Assembly: GCA_032718475.1 (NCBI GenBank)
Contig: JAUCBJ010003225.1
Coordinates: 1-64,000 of the forward strand
Direction: 5' to 3'
DNA length: 64,000 nucleotides
Source: Nemertoderma westbladi
Taxonomy: Eukaryota > Animalia > Xenacoelomorpha
The translations under genes and the position numbers were made by a program. Of this stretch, positions 24,848 to 37,581 are shown in pieces (the first letter of the stretch is position 1; every line of letters starts with the position of its first letter). A model generated the notes under the pieces. It did not search any database, was not told the origin of the DNA, and saw only the letters and a program-made list of their open reading frames with translations.

Positions 24848-26305
24848 ATGCTGAGGATGTCACATTACGTGCAGGATTCGCGTTCGGTGAGGGAGGCGGT
24901 TCCGAGCTGCCCGATGTCCAGGGCAACGTTCATGTCCTTGGACGTCGTGGATATGTACCCCTCTGTGGACCACGATGTTGCCATTTCCGCGATTGAGGCG
25001 GTGATCGGGGAGAATTTGGAGGACTCTGGGTTTACCTTGGGGCAGGTCATGCTTATATTAAAATTTGTGCTGACTCGTGCAAATTTTGGTTTTGAAGGTG
25101 CTTTTTATGTCTTGATAAAGGGGTTAGGGATGGGAGGCCCCTCGGGGAAGGTTTTGGCGGTCCTAGTGGTGGATCGTATCCACACCCACGTGGGTTTGGT
25201 TGCTCGGTTCAGCGCCATTTATTTCAAAACGTTTGTGGATGATGGTGAGGCTATTTGGGATGGGGAGTTGGAGGACTCTGTAAAGGAGGCGATCGCTGAG
25301 CGTTATGTGGCGGCGTGTGAGGCCGTATACGTTAAGGGGGGGATCCGTTTCACCTTCGAATTCTCGAACACCAGTTCAGTGTTTCTGGACATGGAGTTGG
25401 TGTTGAAGCCGGGTCAGGGAATAGTGAATTTGGTTTATTTCAAACCGCTTACTAAGAGGTTGCCCATTCCCAGATCCAGTTTGCACGATCGGAGGGTTCT
25501 GCAGGGTGTGGTGAGTGGCCAGCTGATACGTTTCGCGAGGTTGACAAGGACAACCAGGGACTTTGAGAGTGCGAGGGACCATTATTTAACGGATTGCTGG
25601 GTGTCCGGGTATAGTGAGGGGTTTTTGAATGAGGCCCGGGGTTGGGACCCGGAACGGTTACGGGACTCGCCCGTTGTCAAACCGGGGGGTGGCGCCAAGT
25701 CAGAGAAGAACATCCGGGTAGACGGTAGGTTCGCGAAGGTCGTCAAGCCGGTCCTCCGGCGGTATCGGCGGTTGTTGGGAGAGAGTGGGATGGGAGTTGC
25801 GTGCAATCTTTACGCGGGTCGGAGTTTGGGTAATATGTTGGTTCAGAAGCGGCCGCCGGCTAAGGGGAGGGGAAATAGACGATGCAGGTCCCGGGCGGGG
25901 TGTAAAACCTGCGACGCCATGTACGACATGGCCCGGACCCCATGGGGTGAGAAGATCAACGGTTTTTTCACGTGTGTGTCCCACGGTGTACTTTATCTGT
26001 TGACCTGCACCAATCACCTGGGGGGGGGGGGGGGGGGGTATTACTTGGGCCAGACTGAGCAAACCATTAGGGATAGGATGATGGGTCACCGATCGGCCAT
26101 AGGTAGGTACGTGAAGGAAGTGCATCCTGATCAAGAGAACACGGGGGAGTATGTGCTGTTGGATCATTTTGCCCAGTGCGTGTTAGGGTGTCTCAGGGTC
26201 TCGGGGTTTTGGAGCTTCAGGTCGGATGAGTACCGGATCCACGCCGAGGCAAACTATATTTTCAAGTTTAGGCCCCCATGGAACAGAATGGTTCCGGCAG
26301 TTTAA
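24848..26305 (+). CDS. Penelope-like RT (C-terminal part) + Cys-rich linker + GIY-YIG endonuclease, Neptune-like
   Basis: SLDVVDMYPSV, GLGMGGPSG, FVDDG, FLDM, YFKP, SSLH; CRSRAGCKTC...FTC linker; GVLYLLTC...YYLGQT...RMMGH...EANYI...WN. Confidence 0.9.
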   Translation: MLRMSHYVQDSRSVREAVPSCPMSRATFMSLDVVDMYPSVDHDVAISAIEAVIGENLEDSGFTLGQVMLILKFVLTRANFGFEGAFYVLIKGLGMGGPSGKVLAVLVVDRIHTHVGLVARFSAIYFKTFVDDGEAIWDGELEDSVKEAIAERYVAACEAVYVKGGIRFTFEFSNTSSVFLDMELVLKPGQGIVNLVYFKPLTKRLPIPRSSLHDRRVLQGVVSGQLIRFARLTRTTRDFESARDHYLTDCWVSGYSEGFLNEARGWDPERLRDSPVVKPGGGAKSEKNIRVDGRFAKVVKPVLRRYRRLLGESGMGVACNLYAGRSLGNMLVQKRPPAKGRGNRRCRSRAGCKTCDAMYDMARTPWGEKINGFFTCVSHGVLYLLTCTNHLGGGGGGYYLGQTEQTIRDRMMGHRSAIGRYVKEVHPDQENTGEYVLLDHFAQCVLGCLRVSGFWSFRSDEYRIHAEANYIFKFRPPWNRMVPAV

Positions 26306-26893
26306 CGCGGTCGGGTCTTACGGTGAAACTCATGGGGTGGCCTGGTGCAATTGCCCTCTGGTTACTTTCAGTTTCAGCGTGGTATATTATTTTAATGTAG
26401 TATTGTGTTTGGGCATGTTTTCTGCCATTAATACTGCTCTGTGCCATTTGTACTGTAAATAGTAGCGCACGGCCCTGCCTAATCAAGTCTCGTATTGATT
26501 TTTATGATATTATGTTTTTGTATGGATATTTCACATACGTCAGGAATTTCGTACTGTAGTTGTGATCTCGCGTGCGTAAGGCTCTCTGCCATTAATACTG
26601 CTCTGTGCCATTTGTACTGTAGATAGTAGCGCACGGCCCTGTCTAATCACGTCTCGGTGCTGTATTGATTGATTAGTTTTGTATTTGTTTCCATAATTAA
26701 GAGTTCAGTTGTCTATTTTGTCAGCTCTGCGGACCGTGGCTGCAGGGCTTTTCTAACCACAAAACAAATGTAGGGGTAATGTTATTTGTACCATAGATAT
26801 ACATCGTTTGTTTGTGAGTGATCGGCAGTCTATTTCAGATTTGTTATTGTTTTTTGTTTGGTAGGCCTACCTGTAGTGCGGTAGTGTGTTTTT

Positions 26894-26930
26894 GTGCTGA
26901 TGATGCCCCAAAGGGGAGAAATTAATCCAC
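26894..26930 (+). ncRNA. Minimal type I hammerhead ribozyme in the Penelope pLTR
   Basis: gtg CTGATGA t gcccc aaa gggga GAAA ttaa TC cac: stem I gtg/cac, stem II cccc/gggg, palindromic ATTAAT at stem III. Confidence 0.75.
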
Positions 26931-29900
26931 TGTTCTAGATTATATTGAAGTGTTCATGAAACTCCTTGTCGTTTTAATAATTATCATGATATATCATTAT
27001 AATCATATACTTTTTATAACATTATAAATAAATTTCATTGTAAATTAAAATATATTATATCAATAGCTTAATAGCTAGTAAAAAAAATAATTGATTAAAT
27101 TTATCCAAAACAAACAGCAATTAAAACAGTAAATAAGATGAACTAAGTTAAAAGTATACCTAGGTTATGCTAAAACAATACATTTTAATTGTATGCATTC
27201 CAGAATATCAAATGCAAATAAGGGCCTACAGCTCCTTTTGTTGATATGTAACTACAGTAATTTAAATGTAGATAGCAGCTACCCGTATAATTTCGACCCA
27301 GCAAATTTATCTATAGCATGGATTGCAATTGTCAGGGTCCCAATTGTCTGGACATGGTCAAGTATGAATTAAGTTCCATTTCAAAACACATACTCAACGC
27401 GCCTCAAATTGGCTTGTCAATCAACATCCAAAAAAATACATTTAGGCCTACCTCTGGAGTTGTAGTTAATTTCTGATGAGTTGGGAGAAGTGACAAGGGG
27501 GAGATGGGAGGGGGGGGGGGGGGGGGGGGTGGTCATCTGATAAATTTTTTTGTATTTCCTCTGTATCTTTGAGTCAGGTTTGAAAGGAAAACCGAGATTT
27601 CGTGACTTTTCCTAAAATTGTAATGGGTCATCCAGCAGAGCAAACGCCATTTACATGGCTATGTTAGTTTTCGTGCAGTCAGTGGTCCCCTTCTGCAACC
27701 CATCTCCAGTATTTTTTGGCCCCGATCCAGCGGTTGTTTTGATGCTGATCACGGTTATAGAACTCAAATATAACATTCGAGGTAATTTTGAATGTCTCCC
27801 TTATTTTTTCCGCATATTTTGATGCGTCAATGTGCGGCATGAAAAATACAAGTAGCACAAATTTGATAATCAAAAATTATTACCAAATAAACCTGATTTT
27901 AAGACATAATAGGTTTTCTGGGATGGTGATCACGAATATTACACTCAAAAATATCGTATTATGTGAGATCCTCGATGCAATTCAATAGAAATATATTATA
28001 TAGCTTTGCAGCAAGTTAGATCAAAGAAATCCCATGAATCATTCAATATCCAACCTCGAATAAGATCCAATAAGCCATTACGCCCAGAGGTTATTGCCTT
28101 GGGAGATTTCTTACATTAATTAATTAAGGAACTAACTGAAATCTCCAGTCACAGGTTGGAAGTTGGAGAAATTGTATTTATTAAGGACAAAAGCACAGCC
28201 TCTAGTATGAGTACCTATATCAGAAATCTACTACTGATATATTGGTCTCTCATTCAATGAGGGTCTGGATGCAGACGAGTGATATTCAATGTATTGTGCA
28301 GTGTCCACACAATGTGCATCTGCTTAACCAGTAATTGTTACTTTCTGTAAGAATTTTGTTGTAGTAATAATAATAATAGTAATGGTAACAATTTGGAGCG
28401 AAATAAATTAAACACAGCTCTAACGGTTTCGTTAAAATTTTGCATGAAACATTCGGGTGACTGTCTTCTATCTGGAATATTCTTAGAATTATGTTCTAGT
28501 AATTTTATTATTTATTTGTAATTCTTTCTCACAATTCATGAAATACAGCATTTTAATCGTACGTTTTATTTTAATGTATTTGATTTATATATTACATGAA
28601 GGCCCTTCTTCGTTAGTAACACATTGAACCATGGGATTGCGATGGTCGAGGCTATATTATTTTGGGATACCTGGACCGCCTTTAGAACCTCCTGCACATT
28701 ATGGAGATGTAATAATGGGTAACTTCTATTGATGCTGAAAGTTAAAATTGACTTGTAGTGTAGGTAGTGTAAGTATTCTGTATGACGCTGAAAGTACTCG
28801 GTACAGGGATGTAAGGCGGCGTGTAGGGCATCATCAGCCATCCAAGTAATTATATTAGCAAATTGGATAATATATTTGTGATCTAAATACGCATTTAATT
28901 GTCCATATTTACTTGGGGCCAGTAGGGCAATATAGATAGTTATTTACTGTTTAGTGAATATTGCAGCTTCATTGTAATAAAGGTCCAATCACTGTTGAGA
29001 GATCGCGGGGCCGGTTGTCATATCTGACCTTGCGGTTGGGGTTACACCTCATACTATAATTGTGTGGGTTTTCTTAGGAATGGCTTTTGTTGCTTGGCAA
29101 GTATCTAATTGACTAATTTTCATATTGATTTGCAACTCTGAGAATTCTTAGCAAAGTGGATTTTGGTTACAGCGAATTTCGACACGTGACGCAAATATGA
29201 GTTGGTGTACCAAACTGGCATCAGATAAGGTGCAGTGCACTCCCCCTGGTGACTTTATTGTTGTTGGCAAAGTAATCTCATGGAATTTTCAGGCGATTAA
29301 ATGGGATATACTATCAATTGCAATAGAATACTGTCATTGGAAATGAAGCTATCGTATCTCGCATCTGGGTTGTTTCCTTAACCTATATGGTTGAATCCCT
29401 TGAGATTTACCTAAGGTGCCTTATACTTGGAAATTCATTGCCACATTTATGCCAGAATAAGAATCGATCAGAAGTGGAAAACTACTATTGATTTCAGGTT
29501 AAGTTAGTAAATATTTTTTACCTTATCCAATTAAACAGCGAAATTGAAAAGAGTGTGTATAGTATGACTTGCTCTGCTTGGATATGGATGGCGGTTTCAT
29601 CAATTATTTTGACATAAAATAATCCATCATCCATTAGTCTATCATTCCGAAGATTCTTATTTCAATTCATTGGTTTCTCTTCCTCTTCTCACTCCATGGA
29701 ATTCAATAACAACTAAACATTTATTTATGTAAAATATGTAACTTCCATACTTTCATCATCTTTTCTGAACAAGATTGTTATTCTACAGACAATATCATAA
29801 CAATACATACAGTAGATAGTCACATCATCATGGCTCACGTAGGGAATTGAGTAGCATCTTGCTGAGATATACAGGAACAGGGAGGGTGGGTGGGGCATAT

Positions 29901-30389
29901 AATTACTTAACCCCCTCACATGTGAAGAATTGCCTTGTCACACACAATCAGTGGGTCTTTGTTCTGGCATAGTTCCTTATCTGATTTGGAGAATCGCCAA
30001 TGGCTGTCATCCTAAGGTTAATATGATTGTGGTAACCTTTTCATGAAATTCAAATTCAATTTTAATGGAACTCGGGGGAATTGTATAAATTTATTATGAA
30101 TTTTTAAGTAGCCGAGAAAATGAAGATATACAGTATTACAGTAAATTTAGTGGAAACGCTACGCTGAATATTGATATCCATTATGAAAAAGGAACATGTT
30201 ACAAGAAAGTTACAAGAAAGAAAATTACAGTTTTACAATGTAATTCTAGCCTTTCTGACAAAAACAATAAACGAGAGTAAAGAATAAAACGGATTCATGT
30301 TTGGCTTTGTTGATTGTGGTTTTCGGTTGATTGTTATCGGTCAATGACCCGGTGAGTACAAAACAAAGACACAAGACCCACTGTACAAA

Positions 30390-30660
30390 ACACATGTGTT
30401 AAATTTCGTTTATTGTTTTGGTTATCCTACACGCCTCTGTAACCTGCTCCTTTACTCCTGCTCCTTTAAATGACAATGGGACCTAACGCTCTTTGGGATC
30501 TAACGCGACTTTACCTCTTTGTTTTGTACAAGTCCCAAAGAGCGTTAGGTCCCAAAGAGCGTTAGGTCCCATTGCCATTTAAAGGAGCAGGTTAGTAAAG
30601 GTGCAGGTTACAGAGGCATGTTGGTGGAACCAAAACAATAAACGAAAGTTAACACATGTT
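30390..30660. mobile_element. ~270-bp foldback element with ~120-bp inverted arms
   Basis: acatgtgttaa..gtttattgttttggtt..ctgtaacctgctcctttaaatgacaatgggacctaacgctctttggg is mirrored by cccaaagagcgttaggtcccattgccatttaaaggagcagg..aaccaaaacaataaac..ttaacacatgt. Confidence 0.85.
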
Positions 30661-31280
30661 ACAAGAAAATGCAGGTCTTTTCTCAGGTATAAACTTATTA
30701 GTAACTAATCAAGAACGGATAACGAATACAGAAGTAATAAAAGAACATAGAAGTAATAAAAGACTAAACTTTCTATTGTATCTTATTTATAAAGATACAG
30801 TCAGATAATATATGCCTGAAATACATGCTCAATTGCACACAAGATGAACAAACCCAAAACTATGGTATTTCGTTTTTCAGAGAATTAGAAATCATTCCTA
30901 TTATGAATTATATATAATCTTTATAACCAAATAACCTTTGTCGAGTTACTTACACAACTGTATTGACACAGCAAACAATGTTAAAGCAACAGAAAACAAT
31001 GAGAAAGCAAAAAATTATCAGCAAACAAATAAAGCATTTTTTGTGCAGTGAACTCTTCAATGCCATTTGCATTGAAGAAACAAAGTTTTGAGTCGTCGAT
31101 TTAATTTTATATGGTACTGTTCTGACAGCTGGTTTATTGGTGATCATAAAATCGTCGAAAATTACTATTTGAGAACGATTATGTTGTCATGGGATTTAGG
31201 GTAGTAGACTTGAGACTAGGTCGACTAGGTGAGTTGTTTGAGCCTATTTACCAAGAGATGTATGTTGTAAACCCGTAGGT

Positions 31281-31468
31281 TAACATGGGTGATCTTCCAT
31301 CAAGTTGCCTTGGTTCCCATTTATCGACCATTGAAGGATGAAAGCCGGGGTTGGGCTAGGCTGCAGCATTTAAAGCACTGTGCCCAAACAGTGCTGCCCC
31401 ATCTAGGGATCGAACCAGGGCTCCCTAATCGGAAGCCCAGTAATGTCACTACTAGACCAAGCTGCTGC
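31281..31468 (-). mobile_element. tRNA-derived SINE copy
   Basis: Reverse complement of the 23351-23510 family, including A and B boxes. Confidence 0.88.
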
Positions 31469-32175
31469 TTGGTCTAACATATTGTAACATGTTAAGAAAC
31501 AGTATAATAGCATGTGTGTTACAAGCTATTGCCCAAAGTCCCCGGGCCTGCGCGTGGTAGTGGCACTGCACAGATTGAAAACTATAAGTCAGTCTTTGTA
31601 CATAATAATTATGGGCTTGCTACGTTTACTGTAGCAGCAATTAATCAACACTAAAACTACAATATCTGTTTCATGATATTTTATGTATATCTTGTGCCGA
31701 AGGAATTAACTATGGTTGGTATATGTATGTTTACTTTATTAGGCTTCTAATTGGACACTGAGACAATATTAGAGGGTCACCTATAGTGATTAATCCCTGT
31801 ACAAACTATGCACAATGGATATGGATAAGCAATATATATATATTATATACAAAACGTATACCATATGACAATATAATAGATTGCGCAACACGTGATCTTC
31901 CCTTTGTTTGGCCGCGAGGCCCTATTGCTACTTGACTTTGTTACGTAGTAATCCCCTTTATTGGAGGGTGATAATTGCTGCTGTTATCTGGCTGATGGCT
32001 AGCTAATAGTGGTTTCTGGATTGGCGAAGTGCATATAGGGACAATCCCATAACAAGTGTCTACTTGGTGTAAGGGAACAAACACCAAACGACATTACACA
32101 GATATATTCGCAGCACGCAGCATATTAGTTATTTATTGTCGAGTACAATGCTTTTTAATATTTATTTTGGTATAG

Positions 32176-32368
32176 ATACGTTGTAATTCTCCACCCACTG
32201 AAGCCACGAATGACTGCCCGAATATCAATATCTATAATTATCATCATATGGCTGCTATCCATAATCATCTGTTTGCCAATGGCGATATTTGCGGTGGCTA
32301 AACCCAGTCAAATAGACAAGACTTTGGTTTGTATGGAAGTGTGGGGTGATGATAAGAAAGTTAGCGAG
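32176..32368 (+). CDS. Neuropeptide GPCR (RYamide/luqin-receptor-like) exon: DRY end, TM4, ECL2
   Basis: tatag|A TAC GTT... = (R)YVVILHPLKPRM...IWLLSIIICLP...CMEVW; donor GAG|GTAAGT; phases 2/0. Confidence 0.9.
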
Positions 32369-34935
32369 GTAAGTCGCTTATTTACTAAGTCATTACTCAT
32401 TAATTAGCTTTACTAATTAACATTGCCTACATCGGTCATCACTATCAATAATTAACCTGCATTATCAATTTTGCATTTCTGTATGTGTTTCGGGAATAAT
32501 GTTTATTGTTGATGTACCAGTTCCGTTTTCAATTAAGATACCAGGAACTAACACTTGAGATATTTTAAATGATCATTGAAAACTATATTATTGGTCAGAC
32601 ACTAAAAGGTAGTTTTCGTACAAGTGTTCAGGGTCAGCCTCCCATCCACCAATCATCTATTTGCACTTCGATTTTCTTAACCATCATGTTACATTCTTGT
32701 TTACCACCTATATGAAACCGGTATAAACAATTATAAATTTTACAATTCGAATAATAATTGTTCTCATTATTACAATTTTATCGATTCGACGATTGTATTA
32801 ACATTACACCACCCCATATGGTTACTGGGCAGCAACCACCCGCACTATTCTGTCAGTTACTCAACTAGATCACTTGTATTATTTTCAAACAAATAAATAT
32901 AGCTGGAAACCTACCTTACCATTCCTACAAACTTCTAAACCACAGACAAGCTTCAAGGCTTATAGACAGACACCAGTCGATATTATTATAAACAGATGAT
33001 AAATAAAATACCATTCTCAACGTCTCAAACTTTTCAGGTATTTTCGATCCGGATGTGCCGAATTACCATTGGTACTGGGAAGTAATTCCAATATGTTATT
33101 AATAGAGATCCTCATGTAGACTGTTTACTACTGCGGGAATCATCTCCATAATTCATTCCAAAATCGGAAGCAAAATGTTTTGTTTGACATTTTCCTACGT
33201 TGTCTGGCATTGGTATTGGTATATGCTAACTTTTTTAACTGGTAATACTACAATTTAACTCTAATAATAAGTATACTATATAATTAAACTTAATAAACCT
33301 TATGATTCTAACATTGTAAATATTATGCAAATAAGTATTCAGGCAACGTCTATGAAGTATCTAGCTGTTTTCTTGAATTCCCATAGGTCCTCATATTTCC
33401 TGCGGTTTTTCCTTAAACATATCTATCCCCTGTGGCCTCATTAGGCCATTGTGATAGTTTGTGCCTAACCAACCAAAGCACGTATACCATAAAAACAACG
33501 TATTAGATAGAATGTCAACTCTCGGTCAGTGCTCAGCATTTAATATAAGATATAAAAACATAAATAAATAATTACTGTATAAGTATGGACTACCGAACTT
33601 AGCCACAGGGGATTTTGGGTGAGCCCGTACATATTTCTGCATTATATAATATACACTATATGGTGTCTCGCAACATTAGAAATTTGATACGTTTTCATTT
33701 TTTAATAACTCACCGAAATTTAAAAGATAATACGCTTTCATGGTCTCATGTGAAAGCCAGGAGATGGACAAGGTTAGCTTAAAATTAAAGTGGCTAGCAC
33801 GTACAAGCAACCTCGGCCGACACCACAACCCAAGCTTGCACATTTGACCCGTCGAATCGACGTCGATAAATGGAAATATAAGATTGTTGCAGTAAATTTG
33901 CTACCGAGCATAATACATAAGAATCACTAATGCAGTTCCTTCTTCAAATGCAGCCTACAGTATAAAAGACGACTACTGTAGTATGCTATATACATTAAAT
34001 AAATTTTACATAAATCAACATATCAAACAAATTAAATTTGAATTTCCCACGACTCTGTTACAGTTTGAATGAGTGCATTTACAACTCATTGGGACACTGG
34101 GAAGTGAAAATAACATTTAAAAATCGCAACCTATGTAAATAATGTAAAATTTACCAAGAGCTTCAGAGCTCCTGGGGCCAATAAAATGTTATCATAAAAC
34201 TGAATTACCACACCTTATACATATACATGCCAATTTTCACTCCACCCAACCTATACCACCACTGCAACTCTTACACAACAGTATGAAACTCGCTGCAGAA
34301 TAACTGAAGCGAAAGTTTTGCTTGAAAATAGCTCTTTTTTCAAGTAACTGTATATTATGTGATAAACGCTCTCCGTACAGTACCGGTATCATTAAACAGG
34401 ACATAACTGTCCTTTCCAATGCTGTAGCTTTTATTAGTACATCGACCCAGAAGTTAAGGGCGATACGTTTGGGTCATTAGGCGTTAGGGCAACTATTTCA
34501 CAAGTGGCAGTGGGTTATATCTAGATGGGGAGTTTTTGTCTGTTGCCAATTTAATATTAATGCTTCAAAATCATCGAATTTATTTTCGTCAAGAAATATG
34601 ATATTTTCATTATGTAATTTTAGTTCATGCTATGCGAATGCTATGAATGATTACAAATGTGTTAGTAGGTTGGCTTCCTGTTACTAGATCCACGAACAGC
34701 ATTGCATCATTAACATGACTTGTCATGTTGCCTGTCAGGGTAATTATTAATACATAAAACGAACAAAAACATTAAATTATCGTTGACATGAGATATCGAT
34801 GTCCTTACATATTATAGGTACAAGTGAAAGAAAATTGATGCTTTATTTATGTTTTGATGAGTTGAATTATGATAATTCTTGAAATGTACAGTATGTACGT
34901 TGGTATATAGTAAATATACTTCTAAGTTGGGATAA

Positions 34936-35230
34936 TTGCACTCTTAATAATTATCAAGAGCGCACTTGATAATTCTTGATTTGGTGGGAAGTTCAAATGC
35001 ATAAGTGAGGTAACGGTTTAGGGTGGTACCGGTATGCTAATTTATTATAAATCTGTTACCGATCTGCCGGTCTAGATAATGATGAGATCAAGCATTTTGA
35101 AGTTCCCGCCAAAGCAGTTCAACCAATCAAATCAAGAATTATCTTGTGTGCTCTTAATAATTATTAAGAGCGCTCTTAATAATTATTAAGAGCGCTTTTA
35201 ATAATTATCTAGAGCGCTCTAGATAAAATT
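34936..35230. repeat. Palindrome-rich element with 22-bp gctcttaataattattaagagc units and inverted arms
   Basis: Tandem palindromes at ~35150-35222 mirror 34940-34985. Confidence 0.7.
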
Positions 35231-35593
35231 ATTTTTTCAAAATGTCCCTTTAGGGGCACCGTACACACCACAAATTATGTATTACCCCACAGGTTTAGAA
35301 TATATTGCCAGCCCATAAGTTTTCATTACTCTGTTTCTATTTTGCGCCTCACTCCCACAGAAAACAATGTCTATATTATAAAGGGTGAAAGACGAAGAAC
35401 ATTGACAATCTCCAGTGAAAACACCAACACCAGAATTGTTGTCCCAATCTTGGAACTTTTTCCCTTAATCAGAACTGTCATGCAACCATAACCCAGAGTC
35501 ATAATCTCAGAAATAAATTGGCTTAATTTTAGAATTACTGTATATGGCAATTTAATCAGGTTCTCACCAATAAACCCTTCCCTAATAATAAAC

Positions 35594-35685
35594 TACGGAG
35601 CCCCTAAAGGGATTTTTTGAAAAAAAAAATTATAAGATAAATTTTTTTTCTACTAAATTTCTACTGTCCACTTAGGGGCTCCGTA
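35594..35685. mobile_element. 92-bp mini-element with TACGGAGCCCCTAA TIRs
   Basis: tacggagcccctaa ... ttaggggctccgta; a related end (ttaggggcaccgta) lies at ~35250. Confidence 0.7.
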
Positions 35686-37413
35686 AGGTGTGATATTTAA
35701 ATAGATTTATTTAAACATTATTTAAAAACTATAACAATACATCAATTAATTATTGTCCAACATAACATGATTATTGATTGCCCATTAAGCTTTCCAGCTT
35801 ATTTACATGGGGGTCGTCTCCTTTTTGAAACATTGCCAGAAGTGGTGCCAATATGTGGTGAGCTATACAAACCATAAAAATACTTAATATATAAACACTG
35901 ACTACGACCTAGAAAAAAGGTTCGAAATAATTTTAGTAATAACTAAAATAAACTTCCAGGAATTTTGGATTCATTCATTCATTTAATTAACGTGCAAGAA
36001 ACACATAATTTACCATGAACCCAATGGACTTTAGTCTTTGATGTACTTCTTTGAAATTTTAGTTAGCGAAGTAAAATAGATTACCTGTTACAAGCTTTAT
36101 CAATATGCATAGATTGTTGATAGTAAACTGATGCGTTTAACTTTTTCTCAACGTTTTCCGATTCAATGTTCCATCTTGCGGTCGCATAAACGAGTTTTTA
36201 ATTGGATATCGGACGACTTGCTGATCCTATGTTTTGCATTAAAGAGCTCAGACTGCATTTCCTTGATCCCGTTAGCTGTGATTCCTAATCTCGGAGACTT
36301 TCCATGAATGTTATCTAGAATAGGGCTGAATTAGTGAAAATGGTATCTCTGTTTCTACCCGCAGGGTAACAAAGCAGATATATCCATCCAGCTTATCGAA
36401 TCCGGTGTGTAAGTTGAGAGAAAAGATTGGTTTTTTTTGCGAAAATAATTGGTACTTTATTTTGCAGGGCTGTTTTTGCTAGCCATCCTATAATTTCCAG
36501 TTTATCAAGGGTTAGGTTACTACTTGAAATTTTAACAGTTAATTAATTTAATCTCCTAGACTGTCTGGAATAAGACTTAATAGGGATTGAATATCAATGG
36601 CCATTAATCCCTGGAACGGGATTGGATTACACTAAGACATCCATCCCTTAATCAAAGTACCACTAATTTACTTTCGTATTTCAACAAATGGAAATATTTC
36701 CTAAAAAAATTAAAATGTAAGGTTTACATATTTATAGTTTGATTTACCTACTTTCATGAAAAATTAAATATTCTGTGAAGCCAAATGAATAATTTGTCTC
36801 AAGCGTGTCTGTTCTACGATTGTCCAATGGCTAAACTATAGATTACATTATATAGTATATATCTATATATATAATAAACATTAACGTAAAATGTCGAAAT
36901 TTTACGATATTATTATTTTATGAACGACAGACTTAATTTTACCCATATTAGGAATGATAAACAATTTTAATGGCCTATGAGAAATCGTCAGATCGTCAAT
37001 GCATTATCAGCAGTTTTGAAATTGTTGTGATGAAAAAAGTGTTTAGAATTTCGGTATAATATTTTTAGATAACAACGGAGAAGTTACAGCAAGAAATTGA
37101 CAGAGTATTGATATTGAATAATTTAGGGATAAATTAAGGGTCTTCCCCAATTGCAAACGAGTTTGAAAGTTGTTGAATGAGTACCAAGAAAATTTGTTAC
37201 TTTTGCAGCGAAAATGTAGTCTCTGATGTAACATGTATCCTACAGTATTTTAGTCTACAGTACTTCAAATATCACTAAATTGCTGTAGAGTCCAGTTCCG
37301 TCATTGTACTGTCCCCAAACCGCGCCTATCAATCAGCCTTTTATTTACTTCAGTTATGAATAAATCAACAATTAATTTTTATATGTAAATCGTACGATAT
37401 TTTTTACATTTAG

Positions 37414-37581
37414 ATGAGATATCTGCAGTATACCTTTGTGCTGATCACACTTCAGTATGTGATACCTGTGACCTTCCTAATTTTTGCCTATGGTCGAATT
37501 ATATGGACACTATGGAGACGACAGACACCAGGCGAGAGTGAAATTGCAAGAGACCAGAGACAGGTTCACACAAAACTTAAG
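37414..37581 (+). CDS. GPCR exon: TM5 and ICL3
   Basis: tttag|ATG; LQYVIPVTFLIFAYGRIIWTLWRRQTPGESEIARDQR (PGE..RDQR is characteristic of RYamide/luqin receptors); donor AAG|GTTAGT; phases 0/0. Confidence 0.92.

Larger units (their letters stand above)
24770..26990 (+). mobile_element. Penelope-like retroelement (5'-truncated, inverted 5' pLTR piece)
   Basis: GC-rich RT+GIY-YIG ORF; perfect 33-bp inverted repeat 24807-24839/26958-26990; flanking direct repeat atatcattata (24759-24769/26991-27001); hammerhead core near the 3' end. Confidence 0.92.
24690..27352. mobile_element. Foldback/MITE-like element (ggacaattgcgacc repeats) interrupted by the Penelope insertion
   Basis: ggacaattgcgacc x2 at 24690 versus imperfect inverted gcaattgtcagggtcccaattgtc at ~27326-27349; gacccaRcaaatttatc occurs on both sides of the Penelope. 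Confidence 0.5.

Noticed and set aside
27679-27873. Short secreted-protein ORF (MIIKFVLLVFF...)
   Set aside because: Non-ATG start, 64 aa, no recognisable domain or splice support.
28790-28840. Hammerhead candidate (CTGATGA on the minus strand)
   Set aside because: No GAAA or stem arrangement; other CTGANGA hits (22591, 27473, 48131) fail the same way.
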